The translations under genes and the position numbers were made by a program. A stretch of DNA of 36,580 nt from positions 1 through 36,580 of the forward strand of contig JBKQML010000034.1 of the NCBI GenBank assembly GCA_052326545.1, read 5' to 3'. The DNA is from Dehalococcoidales bacterium. Its GTDB lineage: Bacteria > Chloroflexota > Dehalococcoidia > Dehalococcoidales > Fen-1064. Below the pieces are notes generated by a model, which saw only the letters and a list, made by a program, of their open reading frames with translations, did no database searches and was not told where the DNA came from. Positions 25,493 to 33,462 of the stretch are shown here, piece after piece. Position 1 is the stretch's first letter. Every line of letters begins with the position of its first letter.

Positions 25493-26095
25493 ATGAGATA
25501 CTGTATGGTTATCGACCTAAAAAAATGCGTCGGCTGCATGGCTTGTACGGTAGCTTGTAAGGCTGAGAACCAGACCCGTCCGGGTATCTTCTGGAACATC
25601 GTTAAAGACCAGGAGTTTGGTGAATATCCTGCGGTAACAAGGGTATTTATGCCTGTTATTTGCATGCATTGTAAAGAGGCACCCTGTGTAAAGGTGTGCC
25701 CTACCGGTGCGAGCCACCGCCGTGAGGATGGTATTGTTAAGATCGATGATGATAAATGTATCGGTTGTAAATATTGTATCGAGGCCTGTCCCTACGGCGC
25801 CCGCTACTTTAATGGAGATGCGGCCGGATATTTTGGGTCGGAACTGACGGAAATGGAGAAGATCGGCTATGCGCGGCATAAGCAAGGAGTGGTGGAAAAG
25901 TGTACTTTCTGCGTCCACCTGTTGGAAAAAGGGAAAGAGCCGGCTTGCGTCCAGACCTGTATCGGAAAAGCCAGGTATTTTGGAGATTTAGATGACCCGG
26001 ACAGTGAGGTTTCCCGGTTAATCAGAGCCAGACATGCTTCCCAGCTTCTTAAAGAGCTGGGGACTGAACCTTCGGTTTACTATCTGCCGGCATGA
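25493..26095 (+). CDS. 4Fe-4S ferredoxin-type electron-transfer subunit (DmsB/PsrB/NrfC family, four cluster motifs)
   Basis: 200 aa, starting 15 nt after the alpha-subunit stop. The four cluster motifs are CVGCMACTVAC, CMHCKEAPCVKVCP, CIGCKYCIEACP and CTFC...CVQTC. Confidence 0.92.
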   Translation: MRYCMVIDLKKCVGCMACTVACKAENQTRPGIFWNIVKDQEFGEYPAVTRVFMPVICMHCKEAPCVKVCPTGASHRREDGIVKIDDDKCIGCKYCIEACPYGARYFNGDAAGYFGSELTEMEKIGYARHKQGVVEKCTFCVHLLEKGKEPACVQTCIGKARYFGDLDDPDSEVSRLIRARHASQLLKELGTEPSVYYLPA

Positions 26096-26434
26096 CCACG
26101 CATTATGAAGTTAACAGTATATCGGATTATTTTACTCAGCTAACTGCAGTTTCTTCAGATTTCAGGTAACCAATCACCTGATTTATGATATATCGCATTT
26201 CAGCTCGAAACCAATTCTCCCTCGTCTCCATGATTAACATGAAGCTCAATGTATCTTGTGAATAAAACTACTTTAGCTTTAAATTAGAGCAACTCGAAAA
26301 ACACCTGCGGAATTTGCCAAGTTGAAATTATCCGGAATGAATTCCAATCTGTGCGTGACAATCCAGCGAATGTTAATCTGTTTTACCCGGTCTATCAGCA
26401 AATTATTAGCAAAAATTGGCTATTGTCTGCAGTA

Positions 26435-27325
26435 TTACTTCGCCTGTTCACTGTGTTTCAAATGTTTCAATGCCAAATTAACTACATCCGCGGGAAATTC
26501 CGCTATATCAACACCCATCGTCCGTAAAGCGGCAATTTTACTCTGTGGAGTACCCTTTCCATCACCATGAACAATTGCTCCGGCATGCCCCATCCGTTTC
26601 CCCACTGGGACGTTCTGACCGGCAATATAGGCTACTACCGGTTTGGTAATCCAACGGTCAATATATTCTGCGGCTTTTTCTTCCTGTATACCGCCCACCT
26701 CACCGACAATCACGATCAAGTCGGTGCCCGTGTCCGCCTCAAACATCGCTAAAAGCTCTGGCAAATTGGTAAAAACCACCGGGTCAGCGCCAATACCAAC
26801 GACAGTACTTTGCCCCAGTCCAGCCTTTGCCAGGTTGACGCTAACCTCATAAGAAAGCGTTCCGCTTCTTGAGATTATTCCAATCCGTCCGGGATTAAAC
26901 ATGTTAGCCGGCATGATTCCCACTTTGGCTTCACCGACGGTGATAATACCTGGAGTGGTAGGTCCGATGATAATTACATCCCGCTCCGAGGCGTACTCTC
27001 TGATTTCCATGACATCGCGGACGGGGATATGCTCCGTAACCACCACAATTAACTTAATCCCTGCGTCGATATTTTGGATCGCGGCATCTTTGACCCCGGC
27101 CGGCGGTACGAAAAATACGGTGGCTTCGGCGCCCTGTTTAGTTACCGCTTCTGCTATGGTATTATAAACCGGTATGCCCTCCACTACGTCGCCGCCTTTA
27201 CCTGGAGTTACACCGGCTACGATTTTGGTGCCATAATCCAACATAAACTTGGTCTGTACCCGTCCGGCCTTACCGGTGATTCCCTGTACCAATACCCGGG
27301 TATCTTTATTTAATAGGATGCTCAT
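26435..27325 (-). CDS. sucD: succinyl-CoA synthetase alpha-subunit family (ADP-forming acyl-CoA ligase alpha subunit)
   Basis: 296 aa. It has a CoA-binding N-terminus (VLVQGITGKAG), SRSGTLSYE, and the phosphohistidine loop GHAGAIV. The start overlaps the beta-subunit stop (TAATG). Confidence 0.9.
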   Translation of the reverse strand: MSILLNKDTRVLVQGITGKAGRVQTKFMLDYGTKIVAGVTPGKGGDVVEGIPVYNTIAEAVTKQGAEATVFFVPPAGVKDAAIQNIDAGIKLIVVVTEHIPVRDVMEIREYASERDVIIIGPTTPGIITVGEAKVGIMPANMFNPGRIGIISRSGTLSYEVSVNLAKAGLGQSTVVGIGADPVVFTNLPELLAMFEADTGTDLIVIVGEVGGIQEEKAAEYIDRWITKPVVAYIAGQNVPVGKRMGHAGAIVHGDGKGTPQSKIAALRTMGVDIAEFPADVVNLALKHLKHSEQAK

Positions 27326-28464
27326 TACTTGACCTCCAGTAAACGGGCGAGATCCTCAATGGCTTTTTCAGTAGATACATCTTCTACGACATAAACCCCG
27401 GCGTCTCGAAATATCTTCCAGGTTTCTTCCTGATGATTTCCCAACGCTTTAGCTACCACTGGAATTGTAATATTGTGCTCCTTTAAATAACGCACAACAC
27501 CTTTGGCTCCCTCATGAATGGGGTTGATCCCGCCGTAAACATTGATAAACAGGGCTCGGACTCCCTTCTTCTGCAGTACCAGGTCGGTTGCTTTGTAGAG
27601 CAGATCTTCGGTGATACCACCGCCGGTTTCCAGGAAGTTGGCTGAACGCATTTTCTGATTGATAATATCCACACTGGCCATGCCCAAACCGGCACCGGAG
27701 GCGATGACGGCGATATCCCCATCCAGTTCTACATAGCTGACACCAATATCGTGCCCTTTACGTTCCAGGGGATTTAACATATGGCTCTCACGGGTTAAGT
27801 TTAACTCGGGGTGCCGGAACAGACCGGAATCATCCAGCTCGACTTTAGAATCGATGGCAAAATAAGAACCATCCCTGGTCCGGACTACAGGGTTAATTTC
27901 CGCAAGCAATGCATCGTATTTGTGGAAGACGCGATACAGGGCGGTAAGCACATTCGCTACCTGTGTCAGATCATTACTTCTTAATCCTACCTGGCGGCAC
28001 ATCTGCTTAGCTTCTTCGTTGCCGAGACCGGTGGTCATGGAAACCATTTTAGATACTACGGATTCCGGCCGTTCCTTAGCCAGACGGTTAACCGCAACTC
28101 CACCCTCCACACTGAGTACCGCTACCGGAGTACCATGGTAATCATCTACCGTCACACCCACGTAGAATTCTTTAGCAATCTCCACTTTTTGACTGACCAT
28201 TACCTGCTGTACAGTGAAACCCAGCAACTGGTTTTCCATAATACGACGGGTAAATTTTTCTACCTCAGCCAAAGTGGACGCATTTTGGACACCTCCTGCC
28301 AACCAGCGACCACCGGTGAGCACTTGGGCTTTGATTACTACCGGAAGACCGATTCCTTGAGCCTTTTCCCGGGCTTCCTGTGGATTGGCAGCCATCGCAT
28401 ACCGAGGGACAGGGATACCCTCGCTCTGGAATAATTTACATCCTTCAAATTCGTATAATCTCAT
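27325..28464 (-). CDS. sucC: succinyl-CoA synthetase beta-subunit family (ATP-grasp), divergent paralogue
   Basis: 379 aa. MRLYEFEGCKLFQSEGIPVP... is collinear with SucC (EINP, NGAGL-like SGAGLGMAS, ETGGG, NVYGGI). The conserved GGRGKAGGV loop reads GGRWLAGGV. Confidence 0.88.
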   Translation of the reverse strand: MRLYEFEGCKLFQSEGIPVPRYAMAANPQEAREKAQGIGLPVVIKAQVLTGGRWLAGGVQNASTLAEVEKFTRRIMENQLLGFTVQQVMVSQKVEIAKEFYVGVTVDDYHGTPVAVLSVEGGVAVNRLAKERPESVVSKMVSMTTGLGNEEAKQMCRQVGLRSNDLTQVANVLTALYRVFHKYDALLAEINPVVRTRDGSYFAIDSKVELDDSGLFRHPELNLTRESHMLNPLERKGHDIGVSYVELDGDIAVIASGAGLGMASVDIINQKMRSANFLETGGGITEDLLYKATDLVLQKKGVRALFINVYGGINPIHEGAKGVVRYLKEHNITIPVVAKALGNHQEETWKIFRDAGVYVVEDVSTEKAIEDLARLLEVK

Positions 28465-28590
28465 AGGCTCAAGCTTATCGCATCAGGCATAAAAATGTCA
28501 AATTCCGGTGGCTAAAATTTACACGCAGTCTCTATAAGTGCTAAAATGATTGCATATTTGTTATAAGAGTAATTTAGAGGTAATTAAGAG

Positions 28591-30030
28591 ATGGCAATTA
28601 GAACTGTTGAAGAGTACTATAAATCATTGAGTAAACTCCACCCGACCGCTTATATTTTAGGCGAAAAAGTGGACAACGTCCATGAACATCCGCTGATTAA
28701 ACACATGGTCGCTGCCGTCGCCAAAACCTTTGAGATGGAAAACGACCCCGAAGGCTCTAAACTTCTCGTGACCGATTCTGATCTCAGCAAAGACAAGGTC
28801 AGCCGTTTCGCTAAATTTTATAAAAGTCCGGAAGACTTACTCGCAAAAATTAAAATGCTTAAGTTTATGGCGCAGAATGTCGGTGGCTGTTTTATGCGCT
28901 GTACCGGTATGGATGCCATCAACGCCGTTGGTATCGAAGTCTATAATTGCGATAAGAAATACGGCACCAAATACTGGGGTAAATTTGAAAATTTTGTTAA
29001 AATGATTCAGAAAAATGACTTTGCTCTCTTTAGCGGCGTGACCGATGTTAAAGGCGACCGCTCTCTACGTCCTTCCCAGCAAAAAGACGCGGACATGTAT
29101 TTACACGTCGTCGATAGAAATAATGATGGTATTGTCGTACGTGGTGCCAAGATACACCAGACCGGTTCGCTATGCGCTAACTGGGGTCTAATCGTCCCCA
29201 CCCGTGAAATGCGCAAAGAAGATAAAGATTATGCCGTTTGCTTTGCGGTACCCACCGATGCCGAAGGTTTAGTTCACGTTTATGGTAGAGGCACCCTTGA
29301 AGCCAGAGCATTAGATGATTGCGACCTGGGTAATGTAGAATTCGGCAAATTCGCTCCGATGATTATTTTTAAGGATGTTTTTATTCCCTGGGAAAACGTT
29401 TTCCTCTGTGGTGAATATGAATATGCCGGCGAAATGGTGCGCAATTTCGGTAACTATCATCGTCATTCGCACGGCGGTTGTAAATGCGGCGTGGGTGATG
29501 TGCTAATCGGTGCAGCCGCTGCCGCTGCTGATTATAATGGTCTGCCTAATGTTTCTCACATCAACAACAAAATTGCCGAGATGATGAAGATTATTCAGGC
29601 AATCTATGGTTGTTCGGTGGCGGCTTCGGTGGAATCCACGGTCACCCCATCCGGTATTTACAATGTTGACCCCATTCTTTCCAACACTTCCAAACTCTTC
29701 GAAGGCAAAGAACTGGCCGAAGTCATCCGCATGATGGTAGAGATTGCCGGCGGAATGACTACCGACTTGCCTTCCGATAAGGACTTCGCCAACCCTGAAA
29801 TTGGTCCGCTGCTGCTCAAATATCTTAAGGGCGTGGATGGCGTTCCTACGGAAGACCGCATCAGGCTCTTCCGCCTGATTGAGAAGCTCGCGTTCGAAAG
29901 CCGGGACATCGTATCCAATATCCATGGCGCCGGTTCGCCGGAAACCCATCGAATGACCATCTTACGCAATGCTGATTTAGAAGCAAAGAAGAAGCTGGCC
30001 AAGAAGTTAGCAGGAATTAAAGAGAAATAA
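28591..30030 (+). CDS. abfD: 4-hydroxybutyryl-CoA dehydratase / vinylacetyl-CoA delta-isomerase (AbfD, HpaB-fold)
   Basis: 479 aa. It has an AbfD-like N-terminus (RTVEEYYKSL...GEKV), the cluster ligands C-x3-C (GGCFMRCTGMD), and a His...Cys block (YHRHSHGGCKCG). It is transcribed divergently from the sucCD-like pair across a 126 bp spacer. Confidence 0.88.
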   Translation: MAIRTVEEYYKSLSKLHPTAYILGEKVDNVHEHPLIKHMVAAVAKTFEMENDPEGSKLLVTDSDLSKDKVSRFAKFYKSPEDLLAKIKMLKFMAQNVGGCFMRCTGMDAINAVGIEVYNCDKKYGTKYWGKFENFVKMIQKNDFALFSGVTDVKGDRSLRPSQQKDADMYLHVVDRNNDGIVVRGAKIHQTGSLCANWGLIVPTREMRKEDKDYAVCFAVPTDAEGLVHVYGRGTLEARALDDCDLGNVEFGKFAPMIIFKDVFIPWENVFLCGEYEYAGEMVRNFGNYHRHSHGGCKCGVGDVLIGAAAAAADYNGLPNVSHINNKIAEMMKIIQAIYGCSVAASVESTVTPSGIYNVDPILSNTSKLFEGKELAEVIRMMVEIAGGMTTDLPSDKDFANPEIGPLLLKYLKGVDGVPTEDRIRLFRLIEKLAFESRDIVSNIHGAGSPETHRMTILRNADLEAKKKLAKKLAGIKEK

Positions 30031-30352
30031 TACTATTGCGGATAAAGGCTTTCTTCACTGAAAGTTTACAGGAATGGGTAGGTCCAGCTAAGTAAGATAA
30101 CGGAGAATTAGGTACTGCTATTCAGCTTTAGGCATATAATTCAATCCTAACGGTGCCGGCATAATTAGTGAAACCGAAGGTCGTAAGGAATGGAAAACTT
30201 CAAAGGGATATTTATTTCACCGGATTGATTCCAAAAATTTTCCTAATTATCTCTCAGATACCAACTAAAAGCTTAGACTATTACAAACGTGGTAATGAAG
30301 TAAGAAAGGGTCTCACTCTATTGGGGGAATCATCTTTTGTTTAAGGTTATTT

Positions 30353-31477
30353 ATGTCTATTGAAATTGATATCATCATCATTGGCGCAGGTGTAGTGGGA
30401 CTGGCAATTGCCGCCGAAATGTCTCGCACTAACAAAAATGTCTTTGTTTTCGAGAAAAACCGTACTTTCGGTCTGGAGACGAGCAGTCGGAATAGTGAAG
30501 TTATCCACGCGGGAATGTATTATCCTGAGAATTCGCTCAAGGCAAAATTTTGTGTAAATGGCAATCACTTGCTTTACGAATTTTGTGAGAAATACAGTAT
30601 CAATCATAAACGGCTGGGAAAACTGATTGTGGCGGCGGATGATGCTGAGTCTCAGGAAGTAGAGAAACTGTATCGCCAGGGCCTCAAGAACGGCATCAGC
30701 GACCTGCAAATGCTTACCAGTGATGAAATCAAGTTTTTAGAACCAAATGTAGCAGCAGTCGCCGGGCTTCTCTCCCCTTCTACGGGGGTGGTTGATTCTC
30801 ACGACCTAATGAAAACCTTTTACGGTTGCGCGAAAGAGAACGGTGTTGCCTTTGTCTTTGGCGCTGAGGTGATTAATATCAATAGAATCGCCGGTGGATA
30901 TGAAGTTCATATTCAGGATGATGAGAGAACGTATTCAGTTACCGGTCGTGTAATAATAAATGCGGCGGGCCTGATCAGCGATAGAATCGCCCAACTTGCA
31001 GGGATAGACATCGAAAAAGCCGGGTACAAACTGCACTATTGCAAAGGCGCGTACTTCAGCCTGAACCCGAAAATCAGGCGGTTGGTGAATCGGCTGGTGT
31101 ACCCCGTCCCGGAACAGGCGGGCTTAGGCACACATGTGACGCTTTCACTTGACGGCAATATGCGGTTGGGGCCAAATACTAAATATGTGGATAATATTGA
31201 GTACACGGTTGATGAGCAAGACAGAGTTGACTTCTTCATCGCTGCCCACCGATATCTGCCATCGATTGAAATTGATGACCTCACGCCGGATTTCGCCGGT
31301 GTCAGGCCGAAATTACAGGCAAAGGGAGAAGGGTTCGGTGATTTTGTCATCAGGGACGAGACCGATAAGGGACTGCCCGGGTTAGTTAATCTCATCGGGA
31401 TAGAATCACCGGGGCTTACTGCTGCTCTGGCAATTGCGCAATATGTAGCTGGAACGGTCGAAGAAATTTTGCTGTAA
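30353..31477 (+). CDS. FAD-dependent oxidoreductase of the DAO family, L-2-hydroxyglutarate oxidase/dehydrogenase-like
   Basis: 374 aa. It has an FAD dinucleotide fold (DIIIIGAGVVGLAIA), and SSRNSEVIHAGMYYPENSLKAKFCVNGN closely resembles the LhgO/L2HGDH block (HNSGVIHAG.YY.PGSLKA.FC). Confidence 0.82.
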   Translation: MSIEIDIIIIGAGVVGLAIAAEMSRTNKNVFVFEKNRTFGLETSSRNSEVIHAGMYYPENSLKAKFCVNGNHLLYEFCEKYSINHKRLGKLIVAADDAESQEVEKLYRQGLKNGISDLQMLTSDEIKFLEPNVAAVAGLLSPSTGVVDSHDLMKTFYGCAKENGVAFVFGAEVININRIAGGYEVHIQDDERTYSVTGRVIINAAGLISDRIAQLAGIDIEKAGYKLHYCKGAYFSLNPKIRRLVNRLVYPVPEQAGLGTHVTLSLDGNMRLGPNTKYVDNIEYTVDEQDRVDFFIAAHRYLPSIEIDDLTPDFAGVRPKLQAKGEGFGDFVIRDETDKGLPGLVNLIGIESPGLTAALAIAQYVAGTVEEILL

Positions 31478-31491
31478 TTGTTAAAAGAATA

Positions 31492-31533
31492 ATATTTATT
31501 CGGTCGGTGGTGAATTTAATATCGAATAAATAT
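31492..31533 (+). repeat. 11 bp perfect inverted repeat downstream of the FAD oxidoreductase gene (possible terminator or operator)
   Basis: atatttattcg (31492-31502) pairs with cgaataaatat (31523-31533) across a 20 nt loop. The stem is AT-rich and no clear U tract follows. Confidence 0.35.
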
Positions 31534-31642
31534 AGTGATCAAAGTACATAAATTCATTATCGTGCAAAAGTTCGGAAACATATTGGACTCTACCACGAGG
31601 TAAGAGGAGAGTCCGCAATGAAGTCAACAAGGAGGGTCTAAA

Positions 31643-32005
31643 GTGGACTGGATAGATAGTAATATTGCAGTTGGCTCCTTGCTTGATGCTGAAGAAGTCG
31701 TCACCTTGCTTAAGAAAGATGTCGATCTTATTATTGATGCCAGATTATGCTTTACACACACTCCTATTCAGCCGGTTGTGGAAAACGTAATGACATCCGC
31801 GAATCTCCTTCATGTTCTTTCGGAAAATGGTGCAAGAACTCTGATTCACTGTGTATGGGGAATAGACCGAACCCCCTTCCTGGCAATGGTCTATTACGCC
31901 CGCAAGTACGGAATTACATACCACAGTGCCTACGAGTATGTAAAATCGAAACACCCCGGTACCGTGTATCACTGGGACTGGGTTGATATTTTACCTGTTT
32001 TATGA
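31643..32005 (+). CDS. dual-specificity / protein-tyrosine phosphatase (CX5R)
   Basis: 120 aa with a GTG start after AAGGAGGG. The active-site P-loop is HCVWGIDRT (HCxxGxxR[ST]). Confidence 0.8.
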   Translation: MDWIDSNIAVGSLLDAEEVVTLLKKDVDLIIDARLCFTHTPIQPVVENVMTSANLLHVLSENGARTLIHCVWGIDRTPFLAMVYYARKYGITYHSAYEYVKSKHPGTVYHWDWVDILPVL

Positions 32006-32079
32006 AGATGAGTCTACCAAAAGAGTAAGAGTTTACTGTGAAACGAAAATAGGAATTGAGTGATTTTCCTGAATTATCA

Positions 32080-32250
32080 TTATTTATGTATATTTTCAAC
32101 AGATTTTACTATGTCCTGTAATAAGTCTCCGTAATAAGGTATTTTGGGCATTTCCCTTTTGATGTCAGCCAAATCATATTTTATATCCTCTAATTGTTTT
32201 TCTATGCGCTTAAGCACTGTGATGAGTTCTTTATTATCGACATCAGCCAT
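32080..32250 (-). CDS. small (56 aa) charged coiled-coil protein, below the ORF-track length cutoff
   Basis: ATG at 32250, 6 nt after AAGGAG. The protein reads MADVDNKELITVLKRIEKQLEDIKYDLADIKREMPKIPYYGDLLQDIVKSVENIHK, with a TAA stop at 32080-32082. It lies on the same strand as, and downstream of, the metallophosphoesterase. Confidence 0.45.
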   Translation of the reverse strand: MADVDNKELITVLKRIEKQLEDIKYDLADIKREMPKIPYYGDLLQDIVKSVENIHK

Positions 32251-32403
32251 TTTCTTACTCCTTATCTCGGGAATTATTGCACATTCTAACCATTACAATG
32301 AACGTAAATACATCTTATTTTTATTTATATTAGACCATCGGTGCCGGTTTGGAAATAGGCAGGTTTATCTTCAAGGTGAACTTGATTTTAATGATAACTC
32401 ACA

Positions 32404-33138
32404 TCAAGGCCTGGGGACTGTTATCACTCGCCACCGGTGTTGCTCCGGATTCCATGTCATTTGACGGAATTCAACATCATCTTCCACGGTAAAAGTTGAA
32501 CTATGCCTCATATCACCGTCATTAAGTAAAAACAATAATTCCGGAGACCGTTGATGAAGGGGCAAATGAGTGTGGCCGAAAACAATCCCTTTACATTCCT
32601 GGTGTTCCTGTTTCACTTTTTGCTGAAGATTAATTAGAGCCCTTGCTTGTACCAGGTATACAAGCATAATATACCGTTCCGTGATGAAATTAACTTTAAG
32701 ATTACCCGGAGTTATTTTCCGCTGTGGCAAATGATTCCATAACCACATCATTTGATGGGGAACATATTGAACCGATGGGTCATATTCATGTCCGTGACAG
32801 TACCAGATGCCGCCATTCATAAAGGGTTTGATTAACTTGATTGGGCTAATCGGATTAGCAAGATCTGGATTATCACGGTACCTCTCCAGTTCACGGTCAT
32901 GATTTCCAGGCAAAAGCTTGGTTGGAACCTCCCCGGCAAGATCACGAAATTTCTGTGTCATGGGGTTTTGGAGACAATGCTCAAAGCCATTTTCATACAT
33001 ATGAAACCAATCTCCTAAGCCCCATATTTCATCGTCCTTCTTAGCTTCTTGTCGGATATAGGTTATCGCCTAATCCATGATATTATATTGCGCATCTTTG
33101 TGTCCGATATGTAAATCAGAAAGGATAAACTTTTTCAA
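32404..33138 (-). pseudogene. calcineurin-like metallophosphoesterase (LpxH/YfcE-like) interrupted by an in-frame TAG at codon 23
   Basis: TTG at 33138 lies 5-6 nt after AAGGAGGGG. The translation is MKKFILSDLHIGHKDAQYNIMD-[TAG 33070-33072]-AITYIRQEAKKDDEIWGLGDWFHMYENGF..., which continues in the same frame into ORF 32404..33000. Motifs present in order are DxH (DLHIG), GD (GLGDW), GNHD, and GH...GHTH. Confidence 0.75.
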
Positions 33139-33447
33139 TGTCCCCTCCTTATTAATCGATATTTAATTCTTTCTTCAGCTTTCAAATTTATCCTTGACCA
33201 ATCCCTCTCGTTTAGTTCGCGCTCCTTTGAATTCTGGCGAATTATGTATTTGATGACTTGATGGGCGCCTTCACGTAAAAAATAATTCTTTCGGCTCACC
33301 AGCCAAAGCCGTAAGTAATGGTTTGATACTATCGATACCGATTGCAATAAGAGCTTTAGCCTGAGCAACTCGGGACAAAGCCGCTGCTCTAAAGATTGCC
33401 CGGGAGCTGATATAGCCGGTTCGCCCAAATGGTAAAGTCGGCTTATT
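33135..33447 (-). pseudogene. HEAT-repeat-like gene remnant with a frameshift at an A6/T6 homopolymer
   Basis: Two minus-strand frames each carry half of a HEAT-like peptide: ...RAAALSRVAQAKALIAIGIDSIKPLLTALAGEPKELFF and LREGAHQVIKYIIRQNSKEREL...RRGH. They join cleanly if one base is removed from the run at 33277-33282. The first frame has no canonical start. Confidence 0.4.
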
Positions 33448-33462
33448 TTATCATCCTCATAG

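Noticed and set aside
32144-32464. 106-aa plus-strand ORF (TTG start).
   Set aside because: The peptide is low-complexity, Ser/Leu/Ile-rich and implausible, with no ribosome-binding site. It lies antisense to a short ORF with a consensus ribosome-binding site and overlaps the 3' end of the metallophosphoesterase gene.
33070-33072. In-frame TAG read as pyrrolysine or recoded sense codon.
   Set aside because: TAG terminates at least two well-conserved genes in this window (AOR at 434-436 and the GRE homologue at 3198-3200). No pyl genes or methylamine methyltransferases are present, and no PYLIS-like context is evident.
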